A stretch of 64,000 bases of DNA from Deltaproteobacteria bacterium (GCA_026388545.1 JAPLJS010000114.1:94737-158736); one strand, 5' to 3'. Positions 20,161 to 29,744 are shown, numbered from the stretch's first letter. Program-made: numbers and translations. Notes: a model not told the origin generated them from the letters alone.

Positions 20161-20910
20161 TTAAGGTTGTTGCATTCGCAGTGCCTCTCTCCGCATTTGT
20201 TGTCCCTCTTTGCTCCTCATTAACAGCGCCTCTCTCCTCGATGTCGGCGTTCTACCGGGAACTACAACCCCCGGTGCAGGAGAAGTTGCCGCCTGTGGAA
20301 GGGATGGCGCCGCCGGAAGAGATGAAGGGACAATAGCAGGCTGAGAGCCACCTGACGGCAATGTGGAAGTTGCCTGCGGAGCGGGGGCTGCGCCGGCTTT
20401 TCTTTTTTCCCCATCGTTCAGCATCACCACGATTTTATCCTCCCCTTTGACCAGGACAATGCGGTTTGCCTCTACCTCTCGGAGGATGTAACCGTTGAGG
20501 TTATCCCCTTTTTTAAGGGCGATTTGCCTTTCCCCTCTCCCCGGTGTTGAGTAAGGCGCTTTCTTGTTTTCGATGAACGCGATACTCATATCGTCCATGA
20601 TCAGAGTTCCGTGAAGGATGACTTCCGGTCTCGGTATTGCTTTTTCGTCTTTCTTCTCCGGCGGAATCTTTCTTTCAGGGTGAAAAAGATTTTGTTCGCT
20701 GATTACGGCATAATCGACAGGAGAATAATTCTGCGGCAGTGCGGGTTTTTCTCCGGACCGCTCAACTGTCTCCTTCGCTGCAGGGAGGGACATCTGAATA
20801 TCCGGATTCAGAAAAGGGATCACGGTAAAATACGCGACTGTTGCAACGGCAACTGTCAGCAGGCCGTTCAGAACATTCATACTTTGAAAAAGATATTTCA
20901 TCCCGGCCAT
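20161..20910 (-). CDS. T2SS-associated inner-membrane protein, GspC/PilP-like
   Basis: One N-terminal TM helix. LHGTLIMDDMSIAFIENKK...GYILREVEANRIVLVKGEDKIVV resembles an HR/PilP-like beta domain. Ala/Pro-rich tail. Assigned by position in the operon. Confidence 0.45.
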   Translation of the reverse strand: MAGMKYLFQSMNVLNGLLTVAVATVAYFTVIPFLNPDIQMSLPAAKETVERSGEKPALPQNYSPVDYAVISEQNLFHPERKIPPEKKDEKAIPRPEVILHGTLIMDDMSIAFIENKKAPYSTPGRGERQIALKKGDNLNGYILREVEANRIVLVKGEDKIVVMLNDGEKRKAGAAPAPQATSTLPSGGSQPAIVPSSLPAAPSLPQAATSPAPGVVVPGRTPTSRREALLMRSKEGQQMRREALRMQQP

Positions 20911-20911
20911 G

Positions 20912-21466
20912 TCATTTCCCTCCTGTCAGTCCCGACACTTTCAGTTTCACTATCAAATCCCTCGGTTCCCTGAAATTCCTTATTCTTGTGTCCAGCTCCC
21001 GAACAACAAGATAAGGGGTTTGTGTCTCAATGGCGTACAGGGTGTCGCCGAGGGCCCTCGTATCGGGAAGCACCGCATCAATCGTGACGGTAATCATTTT
21101 GAACTTTCCGGTATCCTCCGGTTTTTCTGCCCTCTCGCTGGAGATGGTTCCTCCCCTCGCGGTGATCATAACCTTGATGGTATTCTGAAGGGCAGCGGCT
21201 GCGAGGGAGGGGGTCTGCCCCTCGATCATTTTGGAATTTTCAGCCTTTCTGGTCTCCCTCAGAGCGTTCAATTTCTCTTCGATTCGGGGTTTATCGGCAA
21301 TCAGAGTTATATATTTCTCAAGGGTCTTCGACTTGACAGACCTTGTGTCTTCCATGGCGGTCAATTCCGTCTGGGCTCTCAAATAACCATATTGGTATAT
21401 GACAGCACCGAGGAGGATGATCATGAGAGGGATGGCGACAACAAGAATCTTACTCTTTTTTTTCAT
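20912..21466 (-). CDS. GspM/PilO-like T2SS assembly protein
   Basis: Short cytoplasmic N-terminus, one TM helix and a periplasmic coiled-coil/ferredoxin-like region. Starts at MKKKSKILVV. Sits between the L-like and C-like genes. Confidence 0.5.
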   Translation of the reverse strand: MKKKSKILVVAIPLMIILLGAVIYQYGYLRAQTELTAMEDTRSVKSKTLEKYITLIADKPRIEEKLNALRETRKAENSKMIEGQTPSLAAAALQNTIKVMITARGGTISSERAEKPEDTGKFKMITVTIDAVLPDTRALGDTLYAIETQTPYLVVRELDTRIRNFREPRDLIVKLKVSGLTGGK

Positions 21467-22988
21467 TCCTTGCCTTTTCCTCCGGTGAAGTTTCAATTTC
21501 CATTTTAATGATGAACCGGTCTGCATTTATTCTGGTATCTCTGAAGGTAGGAGATGAAAACTCTGCTTTTTTGAAATACCCGGAAGCCTCCAGCTTCGGC
21601 AGTATTTCTGTTGCTGAGGCAGAATAACCTTCTATTTCTACGGTCGAATCGGTAATTCTGAGTCTGGAAAGCCAGGTGTTCTTCGGCAAAACCCTGGTCA
21701 TTTCCTTGAGCAGGTTCAGCACCATGGGCCGGGATGACTTGAAAGAATTGATCGTGTATATCTCTTTTTCTACCCCTTCCAAATCCTTTTTCAGGGCCTC
21801 GGCCTTTTTAACCTCGTCTTTGCGAGCCATAATTTCCCGGTCGATGGCTTCGATCTTCTTTTCCTCGATCTGAAGAGGAGATGTGAGCCAGAACACGCAC
21901 AATGCGGCAAGAATGGAAAGTAAGACAATCGTTGCAGCGAAGGGGGTCTTTTGAGGTTTATGAATACCTTTGTCAAGGAGGTTCATTCCCTCTGCGTTGT
22001 ACCACAGGGACTCCAAAACTCCCCCTATGGCAGTATAGGGAACCTCCGTCACGTTTCCCCTATTCAATAATTGAAGCTTGAGATCCATCTCCCCGATGAA
22101 CCTGACCGGTACGCTTATCCTTTCCTGAAGAATGGTCTTCCATTTTCCGGACACTTGATTATTGACGAATACCTCAGGTACCTCCCCTTTTTCTTTCACC
22201 ATTCCGACAAGTGAATTGATCTCTTCAATGAGAGAATTGATTATTGATTGCTCGTCCCCTGGCTCAAAATTTCCCGTGAAAGAGGTCTTCAGTTTACCGT
22301 TGTGGATGAGCCCGCCCTCGTATCCATTGGAATGGATTTCCACAAAGATGGTATTCCCTCTCCTATGAACGTAATGGCTGAGCGTGCCTATTGCTGAGAG
22401 GCTGACAACAACCCGACTGACGGTAATACCTTTTTCCCTGAGGGCCTCCACATAGGGCTGAAGTACATCGGTCTTCATCGCCGCGAGCATGATCTGAAGG
22501 CGGTTTTCATCCTCTGCGATAATCCGGAAGTCATAGAAAGCCCTTTCGGAGGAGAGTGGGGTCAGCCTGTCCAGTTCAAAGGAAATGACATCGGAGAGGT
22601 TGTCTTTGACGGTGAGAGGCAACTCGGCAGTCTTCATAATGGCCCAGGCCTTGGGGATGATGAGCAGGACTTGAGCCCTGGCAGCCTTGAGATCGTTTAC
22701 CGCCAGCGCCACAGCAGAGGAGAGGCTTTCCGGTGTCGGATACTTTCCTTCCTCAAAGAAGTATCTCCTGATTCCCCGGATTTTCATTCGGGAAAATAAC
22801 CGGGAACCGTACGCAACAGAAATGCCGCCTCTTTCAATCAGAACAGACAGACATTGCCTGGGCGCAATACGGTCATCGGCGATACTGAAGGAGAGTACCT
22901 TCCACAAGGGCTCGCCCCATTTGGACATTTTTGCCACTGTGTCCGTAATAAAAAATGTGGTTTTCCTCATCACTTCAGCGGTCTTCAT
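21450..22988 (-). CDS. GspL-like protein (PilM-like actin-fold domain fused to PilN-like TM/periplasmic domain)
   Basis: 512 aa with a central TM helix (FAATIVLLSILAALCVFWL). The ATG at 22988 overlaps the gspK stop (ATGA). Confidence 0.6.
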   Translation of the reverse strand: MKTAEVMRKTTFFITDTVAKMSKWGEPLWKVLSFSIADDRIAPRQCLSVLIERGGISVAYGSRLFSRMKIRGIRRYFFEEGKYPTPESLSSAVALAVNDLKAARAQVLLIIPKAWAIMKTAELPLTVKDNLSDVISFELDRLTPLSSERAFYDFRIIAEDENRLQIMLAAMKTDVLQPYVEALREKGITVSRVVVSLSAIGTLSHYVHRRGNTIFVEIHSNGYEGGLIHNGKLKTSFTGNFEPGDEQSIINSLIEEINSLVGMVKEKGEVPEVFVNNQVSGKWKTILQERISVPVRFIGEMDLKLQLLNRGNVTEVPYTAIGGVLESLWYNAEGMNLLDKGIHKPQKTPFAATIVLLSILAALCVFWLTSPLQIEEKKIEAIDREIMARKDEVKKAEALKKDLEGVEKEIYTINSFKSSRPMVLNLLKEMTRVLPKNTWLSRLRITDSTVEIEGYSASATEILPKLEASGYFKKAEFSSPTFRDTRINADRFIIKMEIETSPEEKARNEKKE

Positions 22989-23953
22989 TGTACAATTTCC
23001 ACGGGGCACTTGTAGTAAACATATCTATACTGCTGCAGACTGTCGAAGGTTATCGTCGCGAGGATGGAATAACCCTTTTTCTGATCACCCTTATAACCGG
23101 TAGACTCCACGGTGTATGCCCCCGATGTGCTCCCCGGAGCGAAGCTCATAGTGGGCGCCGTCTGGGAGTAACTGCTGCCGATTATATCCTTGATATCCTC
23201 ACCCCCCCGGATCTCTGATGATGCCCTTAATTCCATGATCCGGTCTGCCATTTCGGCAGTCATCCCCGGAAGGGCCGCCAGGATTTCTTTTGGCGCCGCA
23301 TTGATATTTATCTGGCTCATAGTAATGTAGAGTGTCAGGAAATGAATAATCCCTTTCTTCTTATCCGTACCATAGAGAATTTCAGGGGTGACGCCCTTGA
23401 CAAGAATCAGCATCTCCAGGGTCTCGAAGGGGGCATTTCTTGCCTTGTAAGGGTTCGGGAGCGACAGGTAATAATCACTTTCGGCCCCGTGGAGGCGGTG
23501 CAGGTCATCGGCATCCTTCCAGTCCAGGATGGAATCGACGATGATATCTGCGTTTTCAGGCGATACACCCTGGTTGATCAGGAGATTTTTCACAATGATG
23601 CCGGAGGTATCGGTCAGGCTGTTCAGCGATATTTTTCCCGATTCATCGATGACTCGCACAATGGCGCCGCTTCCTCCCATGTCAACGGTATACGCAGTGC
23701 TGTCGAGCTTCCACACCTCTTTCCCCACCAGCGTCACCGTCTGATTCTGGTTGACGGACCGGTAAATAATCTCCATTATGCCCCTTTCAATCCCGGCTTC
23801 AGCTAAAAACTTTTTCTCCATGCCCTCTTTAAAAGCCAGAGTACCATAAGTTTCGGCCCTTGTCATCACGGAGAAGGAAAATACCGTCACCATGAGGATC
23901 GTCATGACCCACAATACAATAAGAAGGGCGATGCCTTTCTGAGAGTTTTTCAT
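22985..23953 (-). CDS. gspK: Type II secretion minor pseudopilin GspK
   Basis: N-terminus KGIALLIVLWVMTILMV, a GspK-like body and a helix-hairpin-helix-like region (INAAPKEILAALPGMT). Confidence 0.8.
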   Translation of the reverse strand: MKNSQKGIALLIVLWVMTILMVTVFSFSVMTRAETYGTLAFKEGMEKKFLAEAGIERGIMEIIYRSVNQNQTVTLVGKEVWKLDSTAYTVDMGGSGAIVRVIDESGKISLNSLTDTSGIIVKNLLINQGVSPENADIIVDSILDWKDADDLHRLHGAESDYYLSLPNPYKARNAPFETLEMLILVKGVTPEILYGTDKKKGIIHFLTLYITMSQININAAPKEILAALPGMTAEMADRIMELRASSEIRGGEDIKDIIGSSYSQTAPTMSFAPGSTSGAYTVESTGYKGDQKKGYSILATITFDSLQQYRYVYYKCPVEIVQ

Positions 23954-23989
23954 GGTATTCTTGTTCCGCCTTCTTTCATTTTCATTTCG

Positions 23990-24110
23990 TTATTTACTAC
24001 AAAAATAGATTCCACGTATCCCTCCCTTTAGAAAGTAGATTCCATGTATTCCCCCCTTTTCTAAAGGTTGATCCCCAGTTCCCCCCTTTTTTAAAGGGGG
24101 GTCAGGGGGG
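23990..24110. repeat. Degenerate tandem CCCC(C)TTT..AAAGG(GGG) units flanking the DUF559 gene (3' side)
   Basis: Three units of about 30 nt (AGATTCCACGTATCCCTCCCTTTAGAAAGT and variants), ending in CCCCCCTTTTTTAAAGGGGGGTCAGGGGGG. Confidence 0.6.
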
Positions 24111-24459
24111 ATTTTAAATGTTCATGGATTCTTTCAACTACTCCATCAATGTTTTTGAGCACGTCTATGTCGGAAAAGCGCAGCACAGTAAATCCACGCA
24201 TCTTAAGATATCGATCCCTTGCTCGATCTTTCTTCATCCCATCATTCTCATAATGTTGCCCACCATCTATCTCCACGATGAGTTTTCCCTTTGGGCAGTA
24301 AAAGTCCACGATGTAATGACCGATATTTTTCTGCCGGTAGAATTGTAAATCGCCTATCTGTTTCCTCCTGATCTTCGACCAGATAAGCTGTTCGGCATCG
24401 GTCATGTTGCTTCTTAAATTCCGGGCGAATGGTTTGAGTTTCTTGTTGAAGGGCAGCAT
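24091..24459 (-). CDS. DUF559 / Vsr-like endonuclease-fold protein
   Basis: NLRSNMTDAEQLIWSKIRRKQ...FYRQKNIGHYIVDFYCPKGKLIVEIDGGQH...DRARDRYLKMRGFTVLRF is the classic DUF559 pattern. Confidence 0.8.
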   Translation of the reverse strand: MLPFNKKLKPFARNLRSNMTDAEQLIWSKIRRKQIGDLQFYRQKNIGHYIVDFYCPKGKLIVEIDGGQHYENDGMKKDRARDRYLKMRGFTVLRFSDIDVLKNIDGVVERIHEHLKSPLTPL

Positions 24460-24464
24460 TAAAA

Positions 24465-24580
24465 AATCCCCCTCAATCCCCCTTTACGAAAGGGGGACTT
24501 GATGTTATTCCCCTTTTAAAAAAGGGGGACTTGGCATTTCAAGAAGTTTATTCCCCCTTTTGCAAAGGGGGACCTATCAG
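24465..24580. repeat. CCCCCTTT-N-AAAGGGGG hairpin cluster flanking the DUF559 gene (5' side)
   Basis: Three hairpins: ATCCCCCTTTACGAAAGGGGGAC, TTCCCCTTTTAAAAAAGGGGGAC and TTCCCCCTTTTGCAAAGGGGGAC. Confidence 0.65.
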
Positions 24581-24668
24581 GCATTCATCCTGGTTCCCCG
24601 CCTTCGTGGCGCCCCACGGGGCATGTAGTTTCCTGACATCAAGGCGGGGCCGGGATATTCTGCATACC

Positions 24669-25346
24669 TTAGAGACCTGCCGGAATGGGAACATCACTTT
24701 TTACTGTCATCATTTCGCCGCCAACCCTTACAGGGAATACAAGAAAAAGTTTTTTTGTACCTTCCACAATATGTACCTTTACTTTTTCAGGAATAAATGA
24801 CTCTCCGGACAGCATTTCCAGCCACTTTCCCTGTTCCTCTGCCCGGTCCTTGTGAAAATATTCGAATGATATTCCCGTCGCTTCAATGAGCCGGATGTCA
24901 CGACGTCCTTCGATACCCGGAACCTGCTCACCGGCATAGAGCACCTCTTTCCCTGTGTTGTCGGCCTTTACTGTGTAATCAACAATGACGTAACCCCTCT
25001 GCCCGCCCCAGATGGAGTAATTCGTCGAAAAGCGGAGGGTCTTCCCGTCGCCACTGAAATAGTATCTCTTTTTTCCATCCTCTTCATAGGTAAGAGGAAC
25101 CTGCGATTGTATTTGAGCGTCCATGAAAGAAAGGACTGTTCTGAACCTCTCCTGTGCATCCATCTTTCTTTCTCCGGATGCCACTGACCGGGAGCCCAGC
25201 CTCATGGCGCCCATTGTGATGGCTACAATCACAACGAGCAGGGTAATGGAGATAAGGAGCTCAAGGAGTGTAAAGCCCCCGTCGGAGACGGCGAATCGCC
25301 GTTGCCCCGCTCTCTCTGCTACATATATATGTGCCGGGTTATTCAT
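24669..25346 (-). CDS. Minor pseudopilin, GspJ-like
   Basis: Prepilin N-methylation motif G|FTLLELLISITLLVV. Size and operon position fit GspJ. Confidence 0.65.
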   Translation of the reverse strand: MNNPAHIYVAERAGQRRFAVSDGGFTLLELLISITLLVVIVAITMGAMRLGSRSVASGERKMDAQERFRTVLSFMDAQIQSQVPLTYEEDGKKRYYFSGDGKTLRFSTNYSIWGGQRGYVIVDYTVKADNTGKEVLYAGEQVPGIEGRRDIRLIEATGISFEYFHKDRAEEQGKWLEMLSGESFIPEKVKVHIVEGTKKLFLVFPVRVGGEMMTVKSDVPIPAGL

Positions 25347-25365
25347 TTTTTACTTCTTCTTCCCT

Positions 25366-25408
25366 TCACTCGAATCCTCGACCCCTTGACCCCTTGAACC
25401 CTTACAAC
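25366..25408. repeat. TCACTCGAATCCTYGA + TTGACCCC/TTGAACCC short-repeat element
   Basis: A second copy is at about 26358..26385. An inverted relative (GGGTCAAGGTTCAAGGGGCAAGGGGTC) is at 58548..58575. Confidence 0.5.
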
Positions 25409-25414
25409 AGTCCT

Positions 25415-25861
25415 CTACACAATCGATGGGGAACTGCTTTCCGCAGGTTTTATCTTGTCGATCATTTTTACCGTCTTCAATTGGATGTTTCTTTCCTTCC
25501 TTCCCTCATTCCATCGGACGACGAGCGTGACCTCCATCATCTTGACCGGCAGATTGTCCGTTCTTTCCTTCAGCACCTCACCTATGGAAACTTCTATGCG
25601 GTAACCATCATCCGTAATCTCTCTCCATGCTTTCTCCGTCAACGAAGGATCCGCCAGGATTTCCCTGATCTTAGCATCAGACCAGGCTACGGCCGAGGAC
25701 ATATTGCCGGAGATGGAAACGGATTGTAAATTAGCAGAATAGAGCTGTATGATCAGCGATAGAGCAATTGACAATATGGCGAGGGCTACGAGGACTTCCA
25801 GAAGGGTGAAACCGCTGTCTCTGTCAATTCCCTTTGCCCTTATGTAATTTACATTTTGCAT
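25415..25861 (-). CDS. Minor pseudopilin, GspI-like
   Basis: G|FTLLEVLVALAILSIAL prepilin motif. About 130-aa mature protein. Confidence 0.65.
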   Translation of the reverse strand: MQNVNYIRAKGIDRDSGFTLLEVLVALAILSIALSLIIQLYSANLQSVSISGNMSSAVAWSDAKIREILADPSLTEKAWREITDDGYRIEVSIGEVLKERTDNLPVKMMEVTLVVRWNEGRKERNIQLKTVKMIDKIKPAESSSPSIV

Positions 25862-25881
25862 TTTTACTTTTACATTTTGCC

Positions 25882-26328
25882 TTATTTTATTACCACCGCC
25901 CCTGAAATCGGGTCTGTTTCTATCCTCATAACTTTTCTGCCGCTGGACAGGATAATTGTTCCGCCTTCCACACCACCGGTAGGATGGAACACGATAGGGT
26001 ATTTCCCCCGGTACATCTCGCCGGACACCGGGTCAAGTACCGTAATCTTCATTTCCGGCGGGAAACTTTTTGTAATCAGGCCTTCGATGCCGTACACCCG
26101 GCTGTCTAAATCAATGACTACGGTCTTTTTTTCCATGTTCATGCGGGCCAGAGACCGGGCGTGGCGGATAACTCCAGACATTTCCCTTCCTGCCGCACTG
26201 AACCTGGCCGAAGGGAGAAAACCGGCAAAAAAGATCGTGGACATGCCCAGTATCAGGGTCATGAGAAAAATTACAATGATGACCTCGAGAAGCGTGAAAC
26301 CGTTTTTCTTCCTGATTTTCTTACGCAT
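25882..26328 (-). CDS. Minor pseudopilin, GspH/FimT-like
   Basis: MRKKIRKKNG|FTLLEVIIVIFLM. The start at 26328 is preferred because the longer track ORF translates a REP element. Confidence 0.65.
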   Translation of the reverse strand: MRKKIRKKNGFTLLEVIIVIFLMTLILGMSTIFFAGFLPSARFSAAGREMSGVIRHARSLARMNMEKKTVVIDLDSRVYGIEGLITKSFPPEMKITVLDPVSGEMYRGKYPIVFHPTGGVEGGTIILSSGRKVMRIETDPISGAVVIK

Positions 26329-26394
26329 TAACCTTGCATCCTTGAACTTTCTGCACATCTCACTCGAATCCTTGAATCCCACTTACCCTCTTTC

Positions 26395-27591
26395 TCAGAA
26401 CGGGATCTCGGTGATACTGAATATGGCCAGAAGCACCGAAATAACGATAAAGCCGATGACCAACCCCATAATGAGTATCAAGACTGGTTCCAGGAAGCCC
26501 ATGAAACGCTTGATGGCTTGCCTGAGGCTTTTTTCATAGGTAACGGCGATCCGAATCAGCATCTGTTCAAGCTGCCCTGTCTCCTCGCCGACTTTGATCA
26601 TAGAGAGGGCCAGGGGGGGGAAGATGCCTGCCTGAGAGAGAGGACCGGAAATTCCCTTTCCTTCTTTTGCTCCCTTGGATACGGTTTCGATTGCCGAGGC
26701 AATGACCTGATTGCTGATGACTTCCTTGGCATTATTCAGGGCTTGCAGGAGAGAGACACCGCTGGCCAGGAGCGTTCCCAGGGTTCTGCAGAAACGCGCC
26801 GTTTCCAATTTTATGATAACATCACCCATAAGTCGAAGCTTTATGGCGTCCCATTTGTATTTCCCCCCGTCAGTACTGATGTAATTTTTGAACGCGAGCC
26901 ATGCGGCAACGATGAGAATGAGAAGAATCCAGCCGTATGACTTCAACGCGTTACTTACCACAAGAAGGATCTGCGTCGACAAAGGGAGGGAACTTCCAAG
27001 CTCGGCAAAAATTACGGAAAACCTGGGCAAGACGAAAGTGAGGAGAAGAATAATGGAAAGCCCGCCGGTGATGAAGAGTATTGTGGGATAGATCATGGCG
27101 GAAAACACATGATCTTTCAATTCTTTCGATGATTCGAGGAATTCATTGAGGCGCTCCAGGATCACATCAAGAAATCCCCCGGCCTCACCGGCCCTGACCA
27201 TATTGACATAAAGCCGGGAAAATTCCTCCGGATGCTTCTGGAGTGCTTCAGAAAAAGAGCCCCCTTCCCGGATGGACTTAAGGAGGGATTGAACAACCTC
27301 TTTCATCTTCCGGTGCTCCGATATTTCCGCCAGAATATTGAGGCATCTGTCGAGGGGGAGCCCCGCCCCCAATAGAGCGGAGAGCTCGGCCGTAAAAGTC
27401 ACCAGGTCCAATCTTCTGGTTTTCAGTCTTAGTTTTGCTTTGAGGCCACCCTCACGGGGCGCCCTGACCTCCAGGGGGATCACCCCCGTATTCTTGAGCC
27501 TTTCGATGGCAGATTTTTCATCAGCGGCTTCGATTACGCCCTCCGCAACGATTCCTTCCATAGTAGTTGAACGGTATGCAAAGATGGGCAT
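26395..27591 (-). CDS. gspF: Type II secretion inner-membrane platform protein GspF
   Basis: 398 aa with a duplicated GspF/PilC domain and three TM helices. The start abuts the gspE stop. Confidence 0.92.
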   Translation of the reverse strand: MPIFAYRSTTMEGIVAEGVIEAADEKSAIERLKNTGVIPLEVRAPREGGLKAKLRLKTRRLDLVTFTAELSALLGAGLPLDRCLNILAEISEHRKMKEVVQSLLKSIREGGSFSEALQKHPEEFSRLYVNMVRAGEAGGFLDVILERLNEFLESSKELKDHVFSAMIYPTILFITGGLSIILLLTFVLPRFSVIFAELGSSLPLSTQILLVVSNALKSYGWILLILIVAAWLAFKNYISTDGGKYKWDAIKLRLMGDVIIKLETARFCRTLGTLLASGVSLLQALNNAKEVISNQVIASAIETVSKGAKEGKGISGPLSQAGIFPPLALSMIKVGEETGQLEQMLIRIAVTYEKSLRQAIKRFMGFLEPVLILIMGLVIGFIVISVLLAIFSITEIPF

Positions 27592-29115
27592 TTACGCCTC
27601 CTGTGTCACCCGAAATACTTCGCTTAAGGTTGTCAGGCCATTCCTGACCTTTGCAGCGCCGTCCTCAAGAAGGGTCTTCATACCGAGCTTTCTCGCCATA
27701 TTTCTGAGCTCGTTTGCATCCGTGTGCCGGAGTATCAGCCTGCGGATGTCGTCATCAACGACAAGCAGTTCGAAGACACCTGTTCTGCCTAAGTAGCCTG
27801 TGAAAGTACATTTTTCACACCCTCTCCCCCGGTAGAGATCAACTTCAGCGCCGATATCAAAAGGGGCCAGTTCTTCCAGGCTAATCACTGAAGTATCTTT
27901 TTCCTTGCAGTACGGACATATGATCCTGACCAGCCTCTGTGCCAGGATTCCCCTGATAGTGGAAGACAGGAGAAAACTCTCCACACCAATATCGAGGAGT
28001 CTTGTAATGGCGCTTGGGGCATCATTCGTATGAAGTGTCGAAAAGACCAGGTGCCCTGTGAGGGCCGACTGCACGGCAATCTCCGCTGTTTCCAGGTCCC
28101 GGATCTCACCGATCATAATCACGTCGGGATCCTGACGGACAATATGGCGAAGGGTGTTCGCAAAACTGAGGCCGATCTGGGGTTTCACCTGAATCTGGTT
28201 CACGCCTTTGAGCTGATACTCAACAGGGTCCTCGACCGTGATGATTTTTCTATCCGGCAAATTGATCTTGTCCAGGGCGCCGTAAAGGGTAGTGGTTTTC
28301 CCGCTCCCCGTGGGACCGGTGACGAGGATGATACCGTTAGGTTTATTGATGAGTTTTTGGAACGGCAAGAGGATATCTTCGGAGAATCCCAGTTGATCCA
28401 GATCAATGACGATCCCTTCCTTGTCGAGGATCCTCATGACCACACTTTCACCGTAAATGATGGGGATACTCGATACGCGGAGGTCGATTTCCTTCTCGCC
28501 CACTTTAAGCCGGATGCGGCCGTCCTGGGGAAGCCTCCTCTCGGCAATGTTCAGTTTCGCCATGATCTTGATCCGTGAAACGAGAGCCGCCTGAAGTTTT
28601 TTGGCGAAGGTCTCGATATTGTGGAGAACGCCGTCAATACGGTAGCGAACTTTTAAACCATCTTCGAAGGGTTCTATGTGGATGTCGCTGGCTCTGCTTT
28701 CTACTGCCCTGCTGATAAGCACATTGACGAGCCTGATGATGGGAGCTTCCGACGCCAGATCTTTCAGATGCCCGACATCCTCCCCTTCTTCACTGGCGAA
28801 CCCGAGTCCATTCTCGTCGATATTCTCGATGATCTTATTGATATCCTGTGTCTCCTGGCTATAGTAACGGGAAATGTAATCGTCGATCATCTTCCCGTCC
28901 CCGCTGTATACCTGTATATCGGCAGACAGGGCGACCCGAAGGGCATCGACAACTTCCCTGTTTCCCGGATCGGCCATGAGAACCTTGATCTGGTTATTTT
29001 TCATCTCCAGGGGGATGATCCGGTTTTCACGGATGAATCTTGAAGACACACCATCGAGCACAATGGGAACCTTGGGGAGATCTTCGATTTTGATGGCCCG
29101 TGCAGCCTGACTCAT
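27592..29115 (-). CDS. gspE: Type II secretion ATPase GspE
   Basis: Walker A GPTGSGKTT, Asp box, Walker B DPDVIMIGEIRD, His box TGHLVFSTLHTN, and a tetracysteine motif CPYC...CEKC. Confidence 0.95.
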   Translation of the reverse strand: MSQAARAIKIEDLPKVPIVLDGVSSRFIRENRIIPLEMKNNQIKVLMADPGNREVVDALRVALSADIQVYSGDGKMIDDYISRYYSQETQDINKIIENIDENGLGFASEEGEDVGHLKDLASEAPIIRLVNVLISRAVESRASDIHIEPFEDGLKVRYRIDGVLHNIETFAKKLQAALVSRIKIMAKLNIAERRLPQDGRIRLKVGEKEIDLRVSSIPIIYGESVVMRILDKEGIVIDLDQLGFSEDILLPFQKLINKPNGIILVTGPTGSGKTTTLYGALDKINLPDRKIITVEDPVEYQLKGVNQIQVKPQIGLSFANTLRHIVRQDPDVIMIGEIRDLETAEIAVQSALTGHLVFSTLHTNDAPSAITRLLDIGVESFLLSSTIRGILAQRLVRIICPYCKEKDTSVISLEELAPFDIGAEVDLYRGRGCEKCTFTGYLGRTGVFELLVVDDDIRRLILRHTDANELRNMARKLGMKTLLEDGAAKVRNGLTTLSEVFRVTQEA

Positions 29116-29241
29116 AGTGTATTCCTCATAGCTGTTCCTGAACTAAAATCTAAGAAAATCTTCACATAATGTCATGGAGAGCAACTGACCCCGTACCTCA
29201 TTATGCCTCAGGAATATTGACACCCTCCTGCTTATCAAATT

Positions 29242-29345
29242 GTTACATTTCCCCGGCTTGTTTTCTATAGGGAATAAACTTGATCCAAACGGGCAAATCT
29301 CTTAATTATCAATCAGGGAATGGCTGAAAAACATTCCCGAAGAGG
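29242..29345. promoter_or_regulatory. Conserved upstream element, copy B (upstream of gspE operon)
   Basis: Paralogous to 10746..10850 in the same orientation. It begins 127 nt from the gspE ATG. Confidence 0.5.
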
Positions 29346-29681
29346 GGAAACCATTTCTGAACAAAAGAGTAAGCCTCTTCCCTATTGAAGTAGTATTTAT
29401 TTTCTGTTAGAATTTGCCGACGGAAATGAAGTATCTCATCATTTTGGATAGAAAAGCAAGTACTTATCAAAAATTAAAGGAGGCGTATGACATGGATTTT
29501 GGGGATAGAGGGCATAATAAGCGGGTAAGTAAGATCCCTATATTCCAGCATACTTTCCGGAATCTCCTGGGGCCCAATGTGAGCAGGGCAACCAAGATAA
29601 TCCTTGACGAAATAAAGAATTTGTGAATACTTAATCAACATCTAACACATTAACATCAAAAGAAAAATTAGATTATGTCTG

Positions 29682-29744
29682 GGTAATTGGGGACAGCCAC
29701 TAATTAAAAGAATGTCTGGTAATTAGTGGCTGTCCCCAATTACC
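29682..29744. repeat. Perfect palindrome GGTAATTGGGGACAGCCACTAATT / AATTAGTGGCTGTCCCCAATTACC (24-bp arms, 15-nt loop)
   Basis: Read directly from the sequence. Same family as 61431..61479, 62328..62376 and the truncated copy at the window end. Confidence 0.85.

Noticed and set aside
29414-29626. A 70-aa plus-strand ORF downstream of the conserved element.
   Set aside because: It has no recognisable motif, a non-ATG start in the track and weak context, so it is not reported as a gene.
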